64,000 bases of DNA from Hyaloraphidium curvatum SAG 235-1 (GCA_025558095.1 JAIVFI010000041.1:248001-312000), one strand, 5' to 3'; positions 10,185 to 23,357 are shown, counted from the stretch's first letter. Notes: generated from the letters alone by a model not told the origin. Program-made: numbers and translations.

Positions 10185-11709
10185 TCAGATGCGGAAATGG
10201 TCCAGGCGATCCTCCATCTGCGTCTTGCCTTGGAGCAGCAGCACCGGAGACCCTGCCTCCGAAACCTCTCGCTCCGCCGGGCACGCCGCTCCAGGCATGG
10301 CCATGAGGGCGATCGACGCATCAATCCACGAGCTTGCATTGTCGGCGGCGGAGCAGCCAGAAAACAGAAAGCATTCGAACCCGATGGCCCTGGTGTCGGC
10401 GATTCCGGCGTGCGTGCATCGGCCGACCTTCTCGCAGATGGAGGCGCACTTGGATGCCGAGGAGACGGTGACTCGGGCGAGTGGAGCGCAGGAAGAAGCT
10501 GAATGGGGGCCGCAGGGAGCAAACGAAGGGGCTTGGTCGCGGGTGCTGGCGATGTCTTCTGCGGTCTTTGCCGCGCTGGTTGAGGGTTCGGAGTCAAGAT
10601 GTGTCTCCGCGCAATTGGCAGACGTGTCCTTACCTGCAGCTCGTCTCGTTGGCGTAGTTCGGCGGCAAGGATGCGCCAGGCCCCACGAGCAGCACCGCCC
10701 CCTCAAAAGCGCGGGCTCCCCTGCTGGCTGCGCAACGGGAGTGGAGGAAGCAGTTGTCGCCAGTACCGTAGTATGTGGCCATCACGCAATCCTCTCGCGC
10801 TTCGCACAGATCCTGGCACTTGGATTTGGATCGCGCGATCACAACGTAGGGAGGATCGGCATGGATGCACGCGCATTCGAGGCCCGGGTATTCCGAATAC
10901 TGGGGCGGCGCCGGTCTGCGGAAAAGAAAGTGAGTTGGCGAGGTGGAGAAGGAACAGAGGCGTCGTACCTGCACGGCATTTCCTCATCAACAGCAACAGG
11001 ACACTTGGAAGCCGGCTTGGCCATGACAATCTTGCCCCGCTCCTTCCGACCGGATGCGCATTCCGTAAACGTCGAGCAGGACGTCCCGTCGTAGGCGGCG
11101 TGCGTGCAGCCCTTGCGTGCGTCGCAGATGCGGGCGCATTCGGCGCCGGAGCCAATGTTGGGCGTGAACTCGAATCCTTTGGAGCCGCAGGCGCATCTGC
11201 CGGTGAAGCACGTCTCGTAGCTGTCGTCCCCGGGCGGCGTGGGGCTACCGAAACGGACGCGGGTCAGGCGAGCCGACTTTTCCCCAGCACCGTCACCAAC
11301 TGGCAAATGTCGTCGGTCGCCTTGTCCGGAGGGCACTGGAGCCCCTTCAAGGCCATCATGACGGCCTCATCGTTCGGCTTTGTCGCCAGGAGCTCGCCCT
11401 TCGGGAATCCCACGCAGTAGTTCCCGTCGAACTGGGCAAAGTCGCAGGGGAAGGGAATCGGTCCCAGCGTCGCGCACTCGAACACGCAGTCTTCGGCCGA
11501 AGGTGACTTGAAGAACCAGAACCCGTCGCCGAACCACCCGCGGAGGCACGCGGAGGAGACCGCGCCGCACGGGGTGAAGGGAGAAGGCACCGGTCTGAGG
11601 GACGGGCAGTCAGGGAAAGATTCGCAAAATGCGCGTTGAGACGGGCGACCCACGTCGCGGAAACGCTCGCTGCCGCGAGGAACGCGGCGACCAGGAGGAC
11701 GAGGAGCAT
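10185..11709 (-). CDS. Secreted protein with about 4 PAN/apple-like Cys-rich modules (multi-exon)
   Basis: Signal peptide MLLVLLVAAFLAAASVSA. Repeated C..C-x-S..(E/D/K)C...C....C..A.(Y/F).G..C..F modules, approximately one per exon. The 3' end is uncertain. Confidence 0.65.
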
Positions 11710-12048
11710 CGCGGCGCGGCAGCACCGAAAGCGCGGTGTCACTCGCCCCCGGCCGCTCGAGCTTTTCTAGCGCAGCGCCTCAGCATGTCGGCAAGCCCTG
11801 ATTTCGCCCATCCTCAAGCGATAGCCAGGGGCGCCGATTTCCCGGGTGTGGCGGAGCTGCGGGCGGGGTTCCTTTCGATCCCGACGGGGCGCATCGAACT
11901 TCGTTCATCCAAAACAGTCATAGGAATAATGAGCCGCATACATCACGAACTCGACCTAAGGGTATATGCTGCTGGTTTCCCGCTCGTGGGCGGGGCCATG
12001 CTCCCAGCAAATGGATAGGTTTCGCGGGGACAGACAGTGCACTCGAGA

Positions 12049-14164
12049 TCAGCCCCTGGTGATCGTCTTGCGCACGGTCACGGTGGTCTTCGCGATAGTC
12101 TTCGTCCTCGACACCGTCTTGGTGCGCGTGCGGAAGATGGTGGTCTTGGCGATCGTCTTGGTCGTGGTCTTCGACAGCACTTTGGTGCTGGTGCGGCTGA
12201 CCGTCACGACCGACGAGATGGTCTTGGTCCCGGCGGTCTGCGTCGACGTTTTCCACGACGTGATCGTGGTCCGCGACGTGGAGACCGAGGTCGAACGGAC
12301 GGTGCTCACGACCGTCGTCCGCACCGTCACGGTGGTCGTGGTCGGGAACGGGCAGACCGTCGTCGTGGAGGTCTTGCTCGTCGTCGAAGTGCGCGTGCGG
12401 CTCGAGGTGGATGTCGGGAGCGAGCGCCGCAGGACGAGGCACCAGTGGTCCAGGAAGCCGGCCTTGGCGTTGGCCTCGGAGTCCAGTACGACTAGGTCCC
12501 AGTCCGCGTTGGCCGAGGAGCCGACAAAGGGCGACAGGGAATCAAACGGGCGGCCGGGGGTCGAGCCGCACGAGGGAAAGTCGATCGGGCGCGGGGCGGA
12601 GTCGCTGAAGGTAATCACGGAGAAGTCCCGGCCACCGCAGCGCGAAGCCGTGCCGTCGTAAAGCTTGATTCGTCGCCCGTCGGGAGTGCGGGAGAGCTGG
12701 ATGCTAACGTCGGTCATGTTCTCGTGCGACAGGCCGACGATGACCTCGACTTCGGTAGGGTTGCCGAAGCCCGAGACCCGAATGGAGCTCGTGATGACGC
12801 CATTGTCGGGAATCGGAGCCGTGGGGTAGGAGCAGACCACTGTTTCGCCCGGGGCAGGAGGGAAAGTAGTCTGCAAGGCACGTGCCATGAGCCGAGAGAT
12901 TCCGACATCGAGAATCTGACAACTTACCCTTGTGATGCGCGTGGTAGAAGCAGCGACCGTCTGCTCGGCACGTAGGAACCACCAAAGTCAGACTACGCTC
13001 CACAGAGCGAGAGAGGGCCAGCCCACCGTGGATCGCGACGTAGTCGTCGTCCTCGTGAAAGTCCCGTTCTCCAGGGCAAGCATGGAGTCGATCCACGGAA
13101 ACACCGACGACAGCCTCGTGAAGTAGCCGAGGAAGTTGTTCTGCCCGGCACAGAAGCTGCCCGAGACGGGCATCGCGATGCCGACCTGCACCCATGTGCC
13201 CCCGACGTCCTGCAGCAAAGGGCCGCCGGTGTCACCGAAGCAGATGCCCTTGTCCTGCAGGCCGGCGCAAAGGAGGCTGGGGTCCAGCGGAACCGGCGGG
13301 TTGTAGTAGGCGGTACAGGTCTCGTTGTTTGCGGCCTGCACGTCGACGGCTTGGAGGGTCTGGAAAACAAAGGCACCCCGTCATCAACTGCAGTGCTCGG
13401 TGCACGATAGTACCCACGTCACTGCGGGTGCCCCCGGCGCCCTGGGTGACCTGACCCCAGCCCAGCGTGCGAACCACCTGCGCGTTAGCCGGCAACCCAG
13501 GGTCCGCATTGAGCGCCACCGATTGCGGAGCGAGCTGCCCGCTGTTTGTGGGCTCGGAAAGGAACATGAGGGCCGCATCGCTGTCGCCTTTGCCGTTGGC
13601 GTTGAAAAGGGGATGAACCTCGATGCGGAGGACGGTGAACGCCAGAGCGCCCTCCTGTGCCGCCGTCTTGGACAGCACGAGACGGCGGGACTCGACGATC
13701 CAGTACTGAGGAGCAAGGAAGGGGCTCGGCGCGAAGGCGGTGACGCAGGAGGCTATAGCAAGAGAGGGAGGGGTCAGGTCGTCCTGCAAGCGGCACCCGA
13801 GACACCCACCGGCTGTCAGGAGAACCCGCGGCGCTATCAGCGTGCCACCGCAGAAGATGCCGAAGCGGGAATTGTAGATATAAGACATCCAGGGGTAGGT
13901 GTTATTCGTGTTCGTGACGATGCCTCCCCCGACAATGCCAGGTGGAGGGGCCGACGGCGTGCCGCCCGCGATGTCGGCGACGGGATCCGGCTGCCAGGTG
14001 CCGGGCGCGGGTATTCCGAAGGGCGGGAGATTGGCGGCCGCCGCCGTGCCGAGCGCGGCAGCCAAGACGGCGAGCAGGAGAAGGCGCGCGGCGCCGGACG
14101 GCACCGGGACGGCGCGGTGTCCCGGCGACCGCGCGGGGCGCGCATCGCGGCGGGGCGATTTCAT
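12049..14164 (-). CDS. Secreted trypsin-fold (S1) protease homolog + proprotein-convertase P-domain + Thr/Lys-rich tail
   Basis: Signal-like helix, IVGG, YPWM, FCGGTLI, spliced LTAASC, DAALM, GWG and CFGDTGGPL. The P-domain reads IPDNGVITSSIRV...HENMTDVSIQL..PDG...WDLVVLD....GFLDHWCL. Confidence 0.85.
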
Positions 14165-14614
14165 GGCGGAGGAATCGCCGCGGCGGACGTGCCGCTAGAT
14201 GGAGGTGAGTCGCCCGAAGTTCACGAGGTGCAACGGCAGCCTGACGGCGAGTGTTCAGCCTCCTCCAGCCAAGCTTCGATCTTTCCACGTTTGGACGCAC
14301 GTCGGTCGTTGCCGGTCAGAGCTCCGGAAGTCCTGCATCATCCATAGAAGGCGACCCTGTTCTATCTGTGCCGGATCGGCGGTCCTAGGGCTGCAGGGCA
14401 AGAGCACTTGGGGTTCTCGAGCCGTCGACGTGCCGCCAACACTACCAGACCTCCTCAAAGAACGATGATCAAGAAACCTTGCTTTGTTGCATGGATGCCG
14501 AAAGTCGGACTCGACTTGAGAGCGAATCAAGTGCGCGTGATTCATCCCATCGATCCCTCATGCGACCGTCCCTTGAATGACTCCGCCTCTTCGCCACAAA
14601 CTCATTTGTCAAAG

Positions 14615-17312
14615 ATGGCGCCGCATCTACCTGCAGCGCTCCTCCTTGTGCTTTCTCTTGCGCCGCTCGCGCGCGCGGCCACCGAACCCGTCTGGTCGGA
14701 CCGGTGGGACGTCCTTGGCCCACTCCCGGCCCCTTTGCGCGGGCGCCACGACACCTTCCTCCAGCAGCAGCCCGCGGCTTCGGTGGACGTCCTCCGCCGC
14801 AACCTCTCGGCGCGCGTGCCCTCTGAGGTCGCCGCCGGCGGCTTTGCTTCGTGGCGCACCGTCAACGCAACGCGGACCGCGACCGCCGACACGGTCGTCG
14901 CAGCTGGTTTCCCGGACCTCGACGTCCCCCTCCTCACAGCTTTTTATGGCATCGCCGGGACCGAGTTTGCCGCCATCATTGCCGGCAACCTCATCGTCCC
15001 CGAATCCGGGCTCTACCGGTTCGCGAACGGCAATGCACCCGACAACTTCTTCCTGAACTCTCGGCCGTTCAAATCGGACCCTCTTCTCGGCGAGCGAGGC
15101 TTCATTTACAGCCTCGAGGCCGGAACATACGCCGTATGGACACATTTTGCCGACTGGGGTAACACCAGCGAGGTCACCTGGCCCGCGCTGCGGCGTCTCG
15201 AATCGCCAAAGACTATTGAACTCGGCGGCGGCGATGCTTTCGTTCCCGACCTCGTCGACGGGAGGCTCGCGTCGCGGTTTGTTTCGGTTCCAATCATCCC
15301 GACCGAGACCCTCTATCCCGGGGAGCTTGTCGCCGTCGGAACGCTCCGAACATCCCCGAACGGACCTGCCATTGCCTTTCAAACTGCGGTGGACCACCGC
15401 ATTGAGGCATTGCAGCCCTTTCCGCTGGCCCTCCCGATTGATGTGCCCGCGGAGACACGGGTCAGCCTGTGTGACCAACCGCAGGTCAACTTCACCCTGC
15501 GGGTCCGCGGCTCCGAGACCTCGACGGGCTTCAAGTTCCGCTGCCAGAACTACTCCCAGCCCTTCCGCTTCACCTTCCTCGACATCGACGGGTCCGTGCA
15601 GTACGCCATGGCATGGGCACCTGCGACGGAAAAGTGCCCCGAACGCGGCTGCCCCGTGATCAGAACGTATCACGGAAATGGCGTCGAGGCCGCTTCTGAC
15701 GCCTGGACCTACGCCTACAAGCAACAGAGGGATGCTTGGCTTCTGTTCCCGACCAACAGAGGCAAGAACGGGTACGATTGGGAAACCAGCGGCAGCGTGA
15801 ACGGATGGAAGGCGCTCGAGGCGCTGGAGGCCCAGCCGGGAGTCCCGGATCGACTGCGGAGCACGGTGAAAGCCGATACCAAGAAGATCCTCTACGCCGG
15901 ACGTGAGTGTTAACCGCCACCACCCTCAATTGATGGCTAAGCTGACCCTGCTTTTAGACTCGATGGGCGGACACGGTACAATGGCGGTCGCCGTCCACAA
16001 CCCCGACCTCGCCATCGCCATGGCGCCGGCGTCTGGCTGGCTCAAGCACTCCTTCTACGTCCCCGATTATTTGACGGCCGACTTTTCTCACCTCGACCAC
16101 GTGGCCCGAGGCGTGATCCAGAACGCCGTCGGGGACAGCGACGTTGACGTGCTTGCCGCCAACGCGGTGGGAATTCCTGCTTTTTTGCGGTCGGGCACTG
16201 CCGACGACAACGTGCCTTCGTTCAATCTGAGGAGGTTCCACAAGCTGTTGCGGCGATACTCGGGAGACCAGGGCAGCAAGGCCGAGATCACCGTCAGCGA
16301 AAAGCCCGGCGTGGGCCACTGGTTCGACGGCGTCGTGTACGACGACGAGTTCCAGGGGTTCTTCGACCGAGCCATCGTCAATGGCACGGCTCCGAGGCCC
16401 CCGCTTCCGCCCCAGTTCTCCTTCTCCACCCTGAATCCCTCCACCTCTGGGAGCAAAGGCGGTCTCCGCATCATCCAGACCAAAACAACGGGCAGGATCG
16501 CCCGGTTCCACGTGGATCGCGGGAACGATCGGGTTTGGAACGTGACGACGGAGAATGTTGCGCAGATCCAGGTTTCGCGCGCGGACGGCCTGCAGTTTCC
16601 GGCGGGAGGCCTGGTGATTGACGGGCAGTTTGTTCCCGGGGAAGGCACCTACGAATTGCCGTCAGGCACCCGCCTCGCCCGCCGATCGCCGGGTTGGGAG
16701 CGGGGACCGGACAACTACGGCCCCGCGAGGCAGGTTTTCGAGACTGGGCCGGTCTACATCGTGCACTCGGCAAGGTACCGCGACTCGGCGATGCTCCTGG
16801 CCCAGGACATGTTTGCTCGCGGCAGGTGGGTCGTGGAGGTCAGACCGGAAGCGGTCTGGGACCCCGAGTGGGCAAACAAGGCCAACATGGTGCTCTTTGG
16901 GGGCCCGTGGGAGAACAGAGCCACGAGGTGGCTGGTCGGACGGACAACCGGGGCGTCGCGGCGGAGGCGGTCTCTGGCCGCTCGGTCAGAGCCCATTGCG
17001 GTGCAGTGGAACGCCGACGGACCCGGCTTCTCAATTGGCGGCAAGCGCTTCGACGGCGAGGGCCTCGGCGTCGTCTACCTCAGCCCGGTTTCGGCCGAGC
17101 AACCCGAGCGCCTCGCTCTGGTGGTGGCGGGGAACTCGGCGTCGGCCACGGAGTCGCTGCTGCGATTCGTACCTGATCACTCGGAGATACGGGTTCCTGA
17201 TTACCTCGTGTGCAACCGAGACCTGGCCTGGCAGGGGTACGGTGCGTGCCAGGCCGGCGGATTCTGGGACGCGACGTGGAGGTTCGACCGCGTAGCTTCC
17301 TTCGGAATCTAG
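14615..17312 (+). CDS. Secreted alpha/beta-hydrolase (peptidase S9-like)
   Basis: Signal peptide, HGNGVEA and GYDWE. Nucleophile elbow GH|SMGGHG spans intron 15903-15958, followed by DDNVP and GHWFDG as the likely triad Asp and His. Confidence 0.85.
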
Positions 17313-17518
17313 GACCCGTACCTGGTCTGCCTTTCCTCTTAACCTGGACCTTTCATCAGCCTCTGAGTCCCTCGTTACAATATGGTCGATTAGCTTAGTC
17401 ACTAGAAGGTTTGATCCGCCAGAAATCATTGATTCGAGCGAGTCGGAAAATGATGGGACGACCGGACCATCGCCGAACATCGAACACTCCCCCGCGTTTC
17501 CGCCCAAAAGCAACAGCC

Positions 17519-18612
17519 ATGTCCGGCTCCGAGCAGCAGGTTGGAGAGAACAAAGCGACCACGCCTTCGGGTGGGGCGGTCGCCGACGCGGGCGGCCCGC
17601 CGGGACCGGCCGCGACGAGGGACGCCTCCAAGGCCGTCTCTGTCTCCGCTCTCAAGGCCGCTATCAAGACCGAAGTTCCCAGCCGCCTGGACGCCATGCG
17701 CGCTGTCGGAGTCCTGACGGAAACGATTCGCGAGCTCATTAAGGGAGGATACTCTCCGCAGGACGCGCCTGCTCGTGTCGGCTCGGCGCCGGAACCCTCA
17801 TTCTGACCTCTTTCCGGCAGGAACTACTCCGTTTTCTCTCTCTCAAAGCTGCAGCCACCAATGCCAACGTTCAGGTCGTTCCCTCCTTCCAAGTCGATCT
17901 CGCCTGGACGTGTCTCGAGCGGGCTTCTTCCGAGTACACCAAGATCTGCGGAGCCATTTTCAAGGACGCCAAGGTCAAGTTCTCGAGACCCAGCATCTAC
18001 GAGCTCGACGAGGCGACTTTCAAGAAGCGCTACCAGCGTACCCTCGACCTGTACCGCGCCGTGTTCGACACGGACCCGCCCGCTCGCTTCTGGAAACCCG
18101 TTGCCACCTGCCTTCCTTCGGTCGACCAGCACCCTGGACTCGTCTTCAACTTGCGGCTTACCTTGAGCGGTGGATGCGGGTGCGGCGGCAGTTCCGAGGT
18201 GCTGGGGACGTACGCCACGCGTCGCGCCGCCCGGGCCGCTCTGCGCAAGCACATGCTCGACGGATGCATCGGAGAGCTTTTCGACGAAGTGCTGTTCGAA
18301 GCTTGCCGCGAGGATTCCAAGTACGCGAGCGTCACCAAGGCCTTGAAGGCTCTGCGTCGCGGCGACGACGGTGCCGAGGACGCCTTCAAGCTCGACGACA
18401 TCGATCTGGCGGGCGACATGTACTGGACCGAGTCGTGGAGCAAGCACACGTCGTTCAACGTCGGAAGGGTCTCTGTGCAGGAGCCCTGGCTGGATGCATG
18501 CGGGAGCGGCTACCTCAACGAGTACGTGATCTCGGTGCAGCGGATCAAGGACGGGCACGGCTCCGGCGACAACGAAGAAAGCTCGGACGGGGACAAGCGA
18601 TGGTTCCGTTGA
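17519..18612 (+). CDS. Hypothetical protein (multi-exon)
   Basis: ATG 17519, coding-like codon bias across three segments, and a GTGTCG...CTGAC...CAG intron at 17775-17820. No recognisable domain. Confidence 0.55.
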
Positions 18613-19005
18613 CCCGGATTCCTGGTACGGTGACATGATGATGGCCTGAATGCTTGTGAGTGCCAGACCGGGGGTACCCGAAACGACCCAATTGACTTTT
18701 TATCCATCTTCTCTCTCGTGTTGATGCAGTGGACGTGGATGGTGTAGGGCGATCAGCTTGCGGCTTACGCAGCAGAGCTCGGCCGAGGCATTCAAGAAAT
18801 CTACAAGCTCCAGCCCAACGGTAGAAGGAGCATCTCTCTCGAATACACTAGAATGAGTTTATTCTACGCAACGAACGAGGCTTCATTCCGTCCCCGACAA
18901 AGCCGGACCCGAGCGCCACGTGCAAGGGTTTGCGACTACATCCGGAAGCCCGACCCAGTAGAAATGAGATAGCCGTCTAGCGACGCCTGGTCTGACAATA
19001 CGGCC

Positions 19006-21841
19006 ATGGAGGTGTACGGAAGTGCCGCGGCTCACCGGCTCGAGCCGCGCGCCGGCGGGAGCATCTGGACCGGGACCTCGCCCATCGACCCGGAGACCCA
19101 CCCGTTCGCGCTCTTCCTCGTGCAGCTCCTCATCGTCTTGCTCCTGGCACGGCTCCTCGGGCTCGGGCTGCAGGTTCTCCGACAGCCTCGCGTCGTGGCC
19201 GAGGTCATCGGCGGAATCATTCTGGGGCCGACGGCGCTCGGGCGCATTCCGGGCTTCACCGAGAACATCTTCCCTGCCTCTTCCATACCCTCCTTGTTCA
19301 CTTTTGCCAACCTGGGCCTCGTCTTTTACCTTTTCCTCGTCGGCCTCGAACTCGACCCGGCGTCCCTGCGCCGCAACTCGCGCCGGGCTCTCGCCATCTC
19401 CGTGGCGGGCATGGTCGTTCCGTTCGCCTTGGGCGCCGCCGTCAGCTGGGCACTTTACCAGCAGTTCATGGTGGTTCCCGGAGCCGCTTTCATTCCACCG
19501 TTTGGGAGCTTCCTTCTCTTTCTGGGTGTGGCAATGGCCATTACGGCGTTTCCTGTTCTTGCCCGTATTCTGGCGGAAAGGAAGCTCTTCCCCACAAGGG
19601 TCGGCGTGGCCGTTATCTCTGCCGCAGCCGTCGACGACGCCACGGCGTGGTGCCTCCTCGCACTGGTTATTTCGATTGCCAACGCGACCAGTGCGTTGTA
19701 CGCGCTCTATACCTTCCTCTGCGCCGTTGGCTGGACTCTGGTCGTGCTTCTGGGACTGAGGCCGTTGCTATCCCTCCTTGTTCGCTGGGGCGAGTCCAAG
19801 GGCGGCGGCGTCGTCAGCGAGGCCCTCGTATTCACCATGTTTGCCCTCGTGATCCTCTCGAGCCTGGTCACCGAAATCGTCGGTGTCCACGCCATCTTTG
19901 GTGCCTTCCTCATGGGCGTCGCCACGCCCCACGAGCACGGTTTTGCCCTGCGCCTGACGGCCAAGATCGAAGACATGATCAGCATGGTCTTCCTGCCCGT
20001 TTTCTTTGCCCTCTCCGGGCTCAAGACCAACATCGGTTTGCTCGACACCGGCCTCGCCTGGGGCTACTGCCTGCTCGTGATCGTGGTTGCGTGCGCCGGC
20101 AAGATCTTCGGGTGCCTGTTTGCGGCCCGGCTGTCGGGTCTCGGTTGGCGCGAATCCTGGACCGTTGGCGTGCTGATGAACACCAGTGGGTTCGCTCGGC
20201 GCGGTCGTGGTGGTACACGGGGCTAAACATCACCGCTTACCTCAGAGGGTCTGGTCGAGCTGATCGTTCTGAACGTGGGCCTCAACGCGGGCATCATCAA
20301 CGCCACCGTTTTCGCGATAATGGTCCTCATGGCACTTGTGACGACGTTCATGACGTGAGGCCGCTTCATGGGCTGCCTCTTCACATTCGCTGATGCCAGC
20401 GTCCATCAGATCTCCGATCGTTGCTGTCATCTACCCGCCCAAGTTCTACACGTACGTAGACGGCGCGGAGCTGGCGGACGACAGCAGCAAGGACAAGGAC
20501 GATCTGGACGATCCGGTCGCGGGCATCGAGGGCGAAGGCCGATCTTCCTCGTTCCAGATGGCCGCGCGGCGCGGCAAGGAAGCCGACATGCGGAGCATCA
20601 AGGAGGTCGTGCTCCCCGGCACGGTGTCCATGGGCAACCGCAAGGTGCTGGTCTGCCTGAAGGACGTGCGGACGCTGCCGGGGGTTATGACGGTCTCTTC
20701 GCTGCTTTCGCGGAGCGGGCAGCCGACTGTGGTCGCACTCCGGCTCGCCGCAATGGACGACCGCTTCTCGAGCGTCGCCGTGGCCGCTCATCTCGCCGCC
20801 TCGGACCTGGCCGCAGCCACGGATCCCGTGCTCTCGGTGTTCAGGACCTTTGGCGCGCTCAATGGCGTCCGCACCGAGGCCGCGCTGGGCTTCGTGGACA
20901 ATGACGATTTCACGGGGGAGATCCTCGGCCGCGCGATGCAGCGGCAGGTCGGCATGGTGGTCGTCCCGTGGAGCCTGGAGGGGCCGGACATTCGCGAGCA
21001 GGACGGGCCGAGGCGGAGGTCGTATTCTTCCGCTGTTTCGGCGCCCGCCTTGGCGCGGCCAACCAACGAGCCGTCTTCGTACCGCCGGAACAAGATGATC
21101 GCCGACGGCTTGTTCAAGGCTGGAGCCGTGTGCTGCCCCGTTGCCGTGTTCATCGACCGCGGTTTTGGAGTTGCGGTTGGCCACGGGCCATCGGCGGCCT
21201 CAAACGGCGACGCGGAGCCGCAGTCGCCGGTCGACAGCGCGGGAAACACGGAGCCACCCCGGGATACGGCCTCGTTCGTGGACGATCAGCCTTTGCGCAA
21301 GGCAATCGTGCTCGTGTTTGCCGGAGGCTGCGACGACCGCGAGGCCGGCGCCGTGACGCTGCGGCTGTCGGCGGATCCTACTGTTTCCATCAAGGTGCTG
21401 CGCATCAAGCCTGGAAAAGCTAAGGTTGACCAAGCAGGCGTCGTGGGTTCGGCTGTGGAGCTGCCAATCGGATCGGCCGACGACGACGGCGTCGTTGCTG
21501 CGCTGGTCTTGCGGCCCAATGTCACTCTCGAGGAAGTCGGCGACGCTGCGTCTGCTTTCCAGAAGGCAGGGCAACTCGTGGGCCGGGACCTACTGGTTTT
21601 GGGTCGCAACGCCGCCGGAGCGGGCATTCTGCTCCCGATCTCGAAGCCCCAGTCGAGCTCCGCTGTTGCGTCGCGGTGGAACAGGCGCACGGCTTCGGAC
21701 GGCGGACCGTACCAGGGCACTGGAGGCTCGCCGGTCGTGGGCGAGTGGGTGGACAAGCTGCTTGGAGGCAGCGTGGATCTCGCGCCGGAAGTTCAGGTCT
21801 GGGCGAGCATCCTCGTCGTTCAGGGCAGGCAGGGAGCGTGA
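19006..21841 (+). CDS. KHA1: K+/H+ (Na+/H+) antiporter, CPA2 family (KHA1/CHX-like)
   Basis: Motifs LRQPRVVAEVIGGIILGPT, ITAFPVLARIL, AAAVDD, GVHAIFGAF, FFALSGLKTN and spliced MNTKGLVELIVLN. Introns at about 20186-20245 and 20355-20409. Confidence 0.93.
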
Positions 21842-22010
21842 AGGCTGGACGGGCTGCTTCTGCACATGGTTAGGTCTTTGTCATCGCTGTGATTCGCTGC
21901 ATAGATTGAACATGTTCGATTGGTCGTTCGGGGGCGGTTGCGGCAAACGCCGCCACGCCGGACCGCCTTCTGGAAGGGAATCGCGCTTCGGATTGGCTTC
22001 GGATCATGAG

Positions 22011-23357
22011 ATGGAACTCGTGCTGCGCGGCGTCGCCCCGCACGTTGCCGCCGAGGACCCGGACGCGTCTGTCCCTCGCGGGCTCCGACGCATTGCCGCC
22101 GTGACTGTTCAGCACGCGCTGTCGCTCCTCGCCCTCCCAGTCGGCGCCGCGTTATGGCCGCCGTACCTATTTCTGCGCCTTTTCCTGCCGCGCCCGCCGG
22201 TGGTGCCGCCGCTGTCACGGTTCCGACATATCGCGCGCCTCATCTGGACGACCCGCGTTCCGCCGCCCGGGCTGCGGCCACTGGACCGCTGGCGGCTGCT
22301 TCTCGCGCTGGGCGTCGATCTCGTGCTCGCGCCCATGGCCGGCCTCGCGTGGATGCTGGACGAGCTGCTTTTCGGCGCCGAACTGGCCGCGAACCCCGTA
22401 GTGGCACCTCTATACGAAATCTCGGCCTGGCGCTCGGGCTCGACGACGCTCGCGCACGTTCTCGCCAACGATTCCGGGCTCGCCGCACCCAACGTGCTGC
22501 AGAATCTCATGCCCTATCTCTGGCTGTGGCGGCTCGCGGCTTGGCTCCTCGGTCCGCGCATCGATCGGACCTGGCTCTCGGCCTCTGTCCGCTCCGTGGT
22601 GCCCCCGGCCTTTGCCGAACGGCACGAGATCGATCTTTTCCGCCCAGATACCTACGACGTGCTCTACTACCGGCACCAACTGGTGCCATACGCGTTGATG
22701 CTTGGCCCTGAGGCGGCAGCTGCCGAGTTCTCCCACCGGGGAGCGACCCCCTCGACCGTTGGCATGTGGGACGACTTTGCCCGCATGGTGGACGGCCTCG
22801 GCCGGCGCACCCTTGCGTTTGCTGGCCCCGGCCCCGGCCCCGCGGGCAGGCGGCGGTTCTTCCTCAAGGGACATTTTCTCGCGGCCGCGCCGGCGCTGGC
22901 CGCAAAATACCCCGGCGCCGCCTTCCTGGCCGTGCTCCGCGACCCCGTGCGGCGGATGCGCAGCACGCTCAACTACCTGCGGCTGAGCCCGGACTTTTTC
23001 GGGCTGGGACCGATGGTCTGGCCTTGGATCGCGGGCATGGCGTGGACAGAGGCCGAGTACTCGCGCCGCGAGATGGAGTGGTTCTCGCTGCGGGACGGGA
23101 CGACCAAGTGCGCGGTGCCTTTCGACTTGGTCGCGAAGGACCTGCCCGCGGCGCTGGACATGATTTACGCTTCGTGCTTTGGTAGTGAAGTGCCGCGCGA
23201 GGTGCCCAGGACGCATCCGCGGCATTTCACGGGCAGCTACCGCCTTGATCACACCCTCGAGGACCTCGGGATCGACGAAGACGAGCTGGGGAGGAAGCTG
23301 GAGGGCTACAGCCGGTGGTGCCGCACGGGGACGGCCGACCGAAGGCCTTACGAATGA
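22011..23357 (+). CDS. Sulfotransferase family (P-loop, Sulfotransfer_3-like) protein
   Basis: 5'-PSB-like ISAWRSGSTTL, FFLKGH, and 3'-PB-like LRDP....S motifs with N-terminal hydrophobic helices. Intronless. Confidence 0.75.
   Translation: MELVLRGVAPHVAAEDPDASVPRGLRRIAAVTVQHALSLLALPVGAALWPPYLFLRLFLPRPPVVPPLSRFRHIARLIWTTRVPPPGLRPLDRWRLLLALGVDLVLAPMAGLAWMLDELLFGAELAANPVVAPLYEISAWRSGSTTLAHVLANDSGLAAPNVLQNLMPYLWLWRLAAWLLGPRIDRTWLSASVRSVVPPAFAERHEIDLFRPDTYDVLYYRHQLVPYALMLGPEAAAAEFSHRGATPSTVGMWDDFARMVDGLGRRTLAFAGPGPGPAGRRRFFLKGHFLAAAPALAAKYPGAAFLAVLRDPVRRMRSTLNYLRLSPDFFGLGPMVWPWIAGMAWTEAEYSRREMEWFSLRDGTTKCAVPFDLVAKDLPAALDMIYASCFGSEVPREVPRTHPRHFTGSYRLDHTLEDLGIDEDELGRKLEGYSRWCRTGTADRRPYE

Noticed and set aside
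18745-18885. Short open stretch DQLAAYAAELGRGIQEIYKLQPNGRRS
   Set aside because: No start, splice context or recognisable homology.
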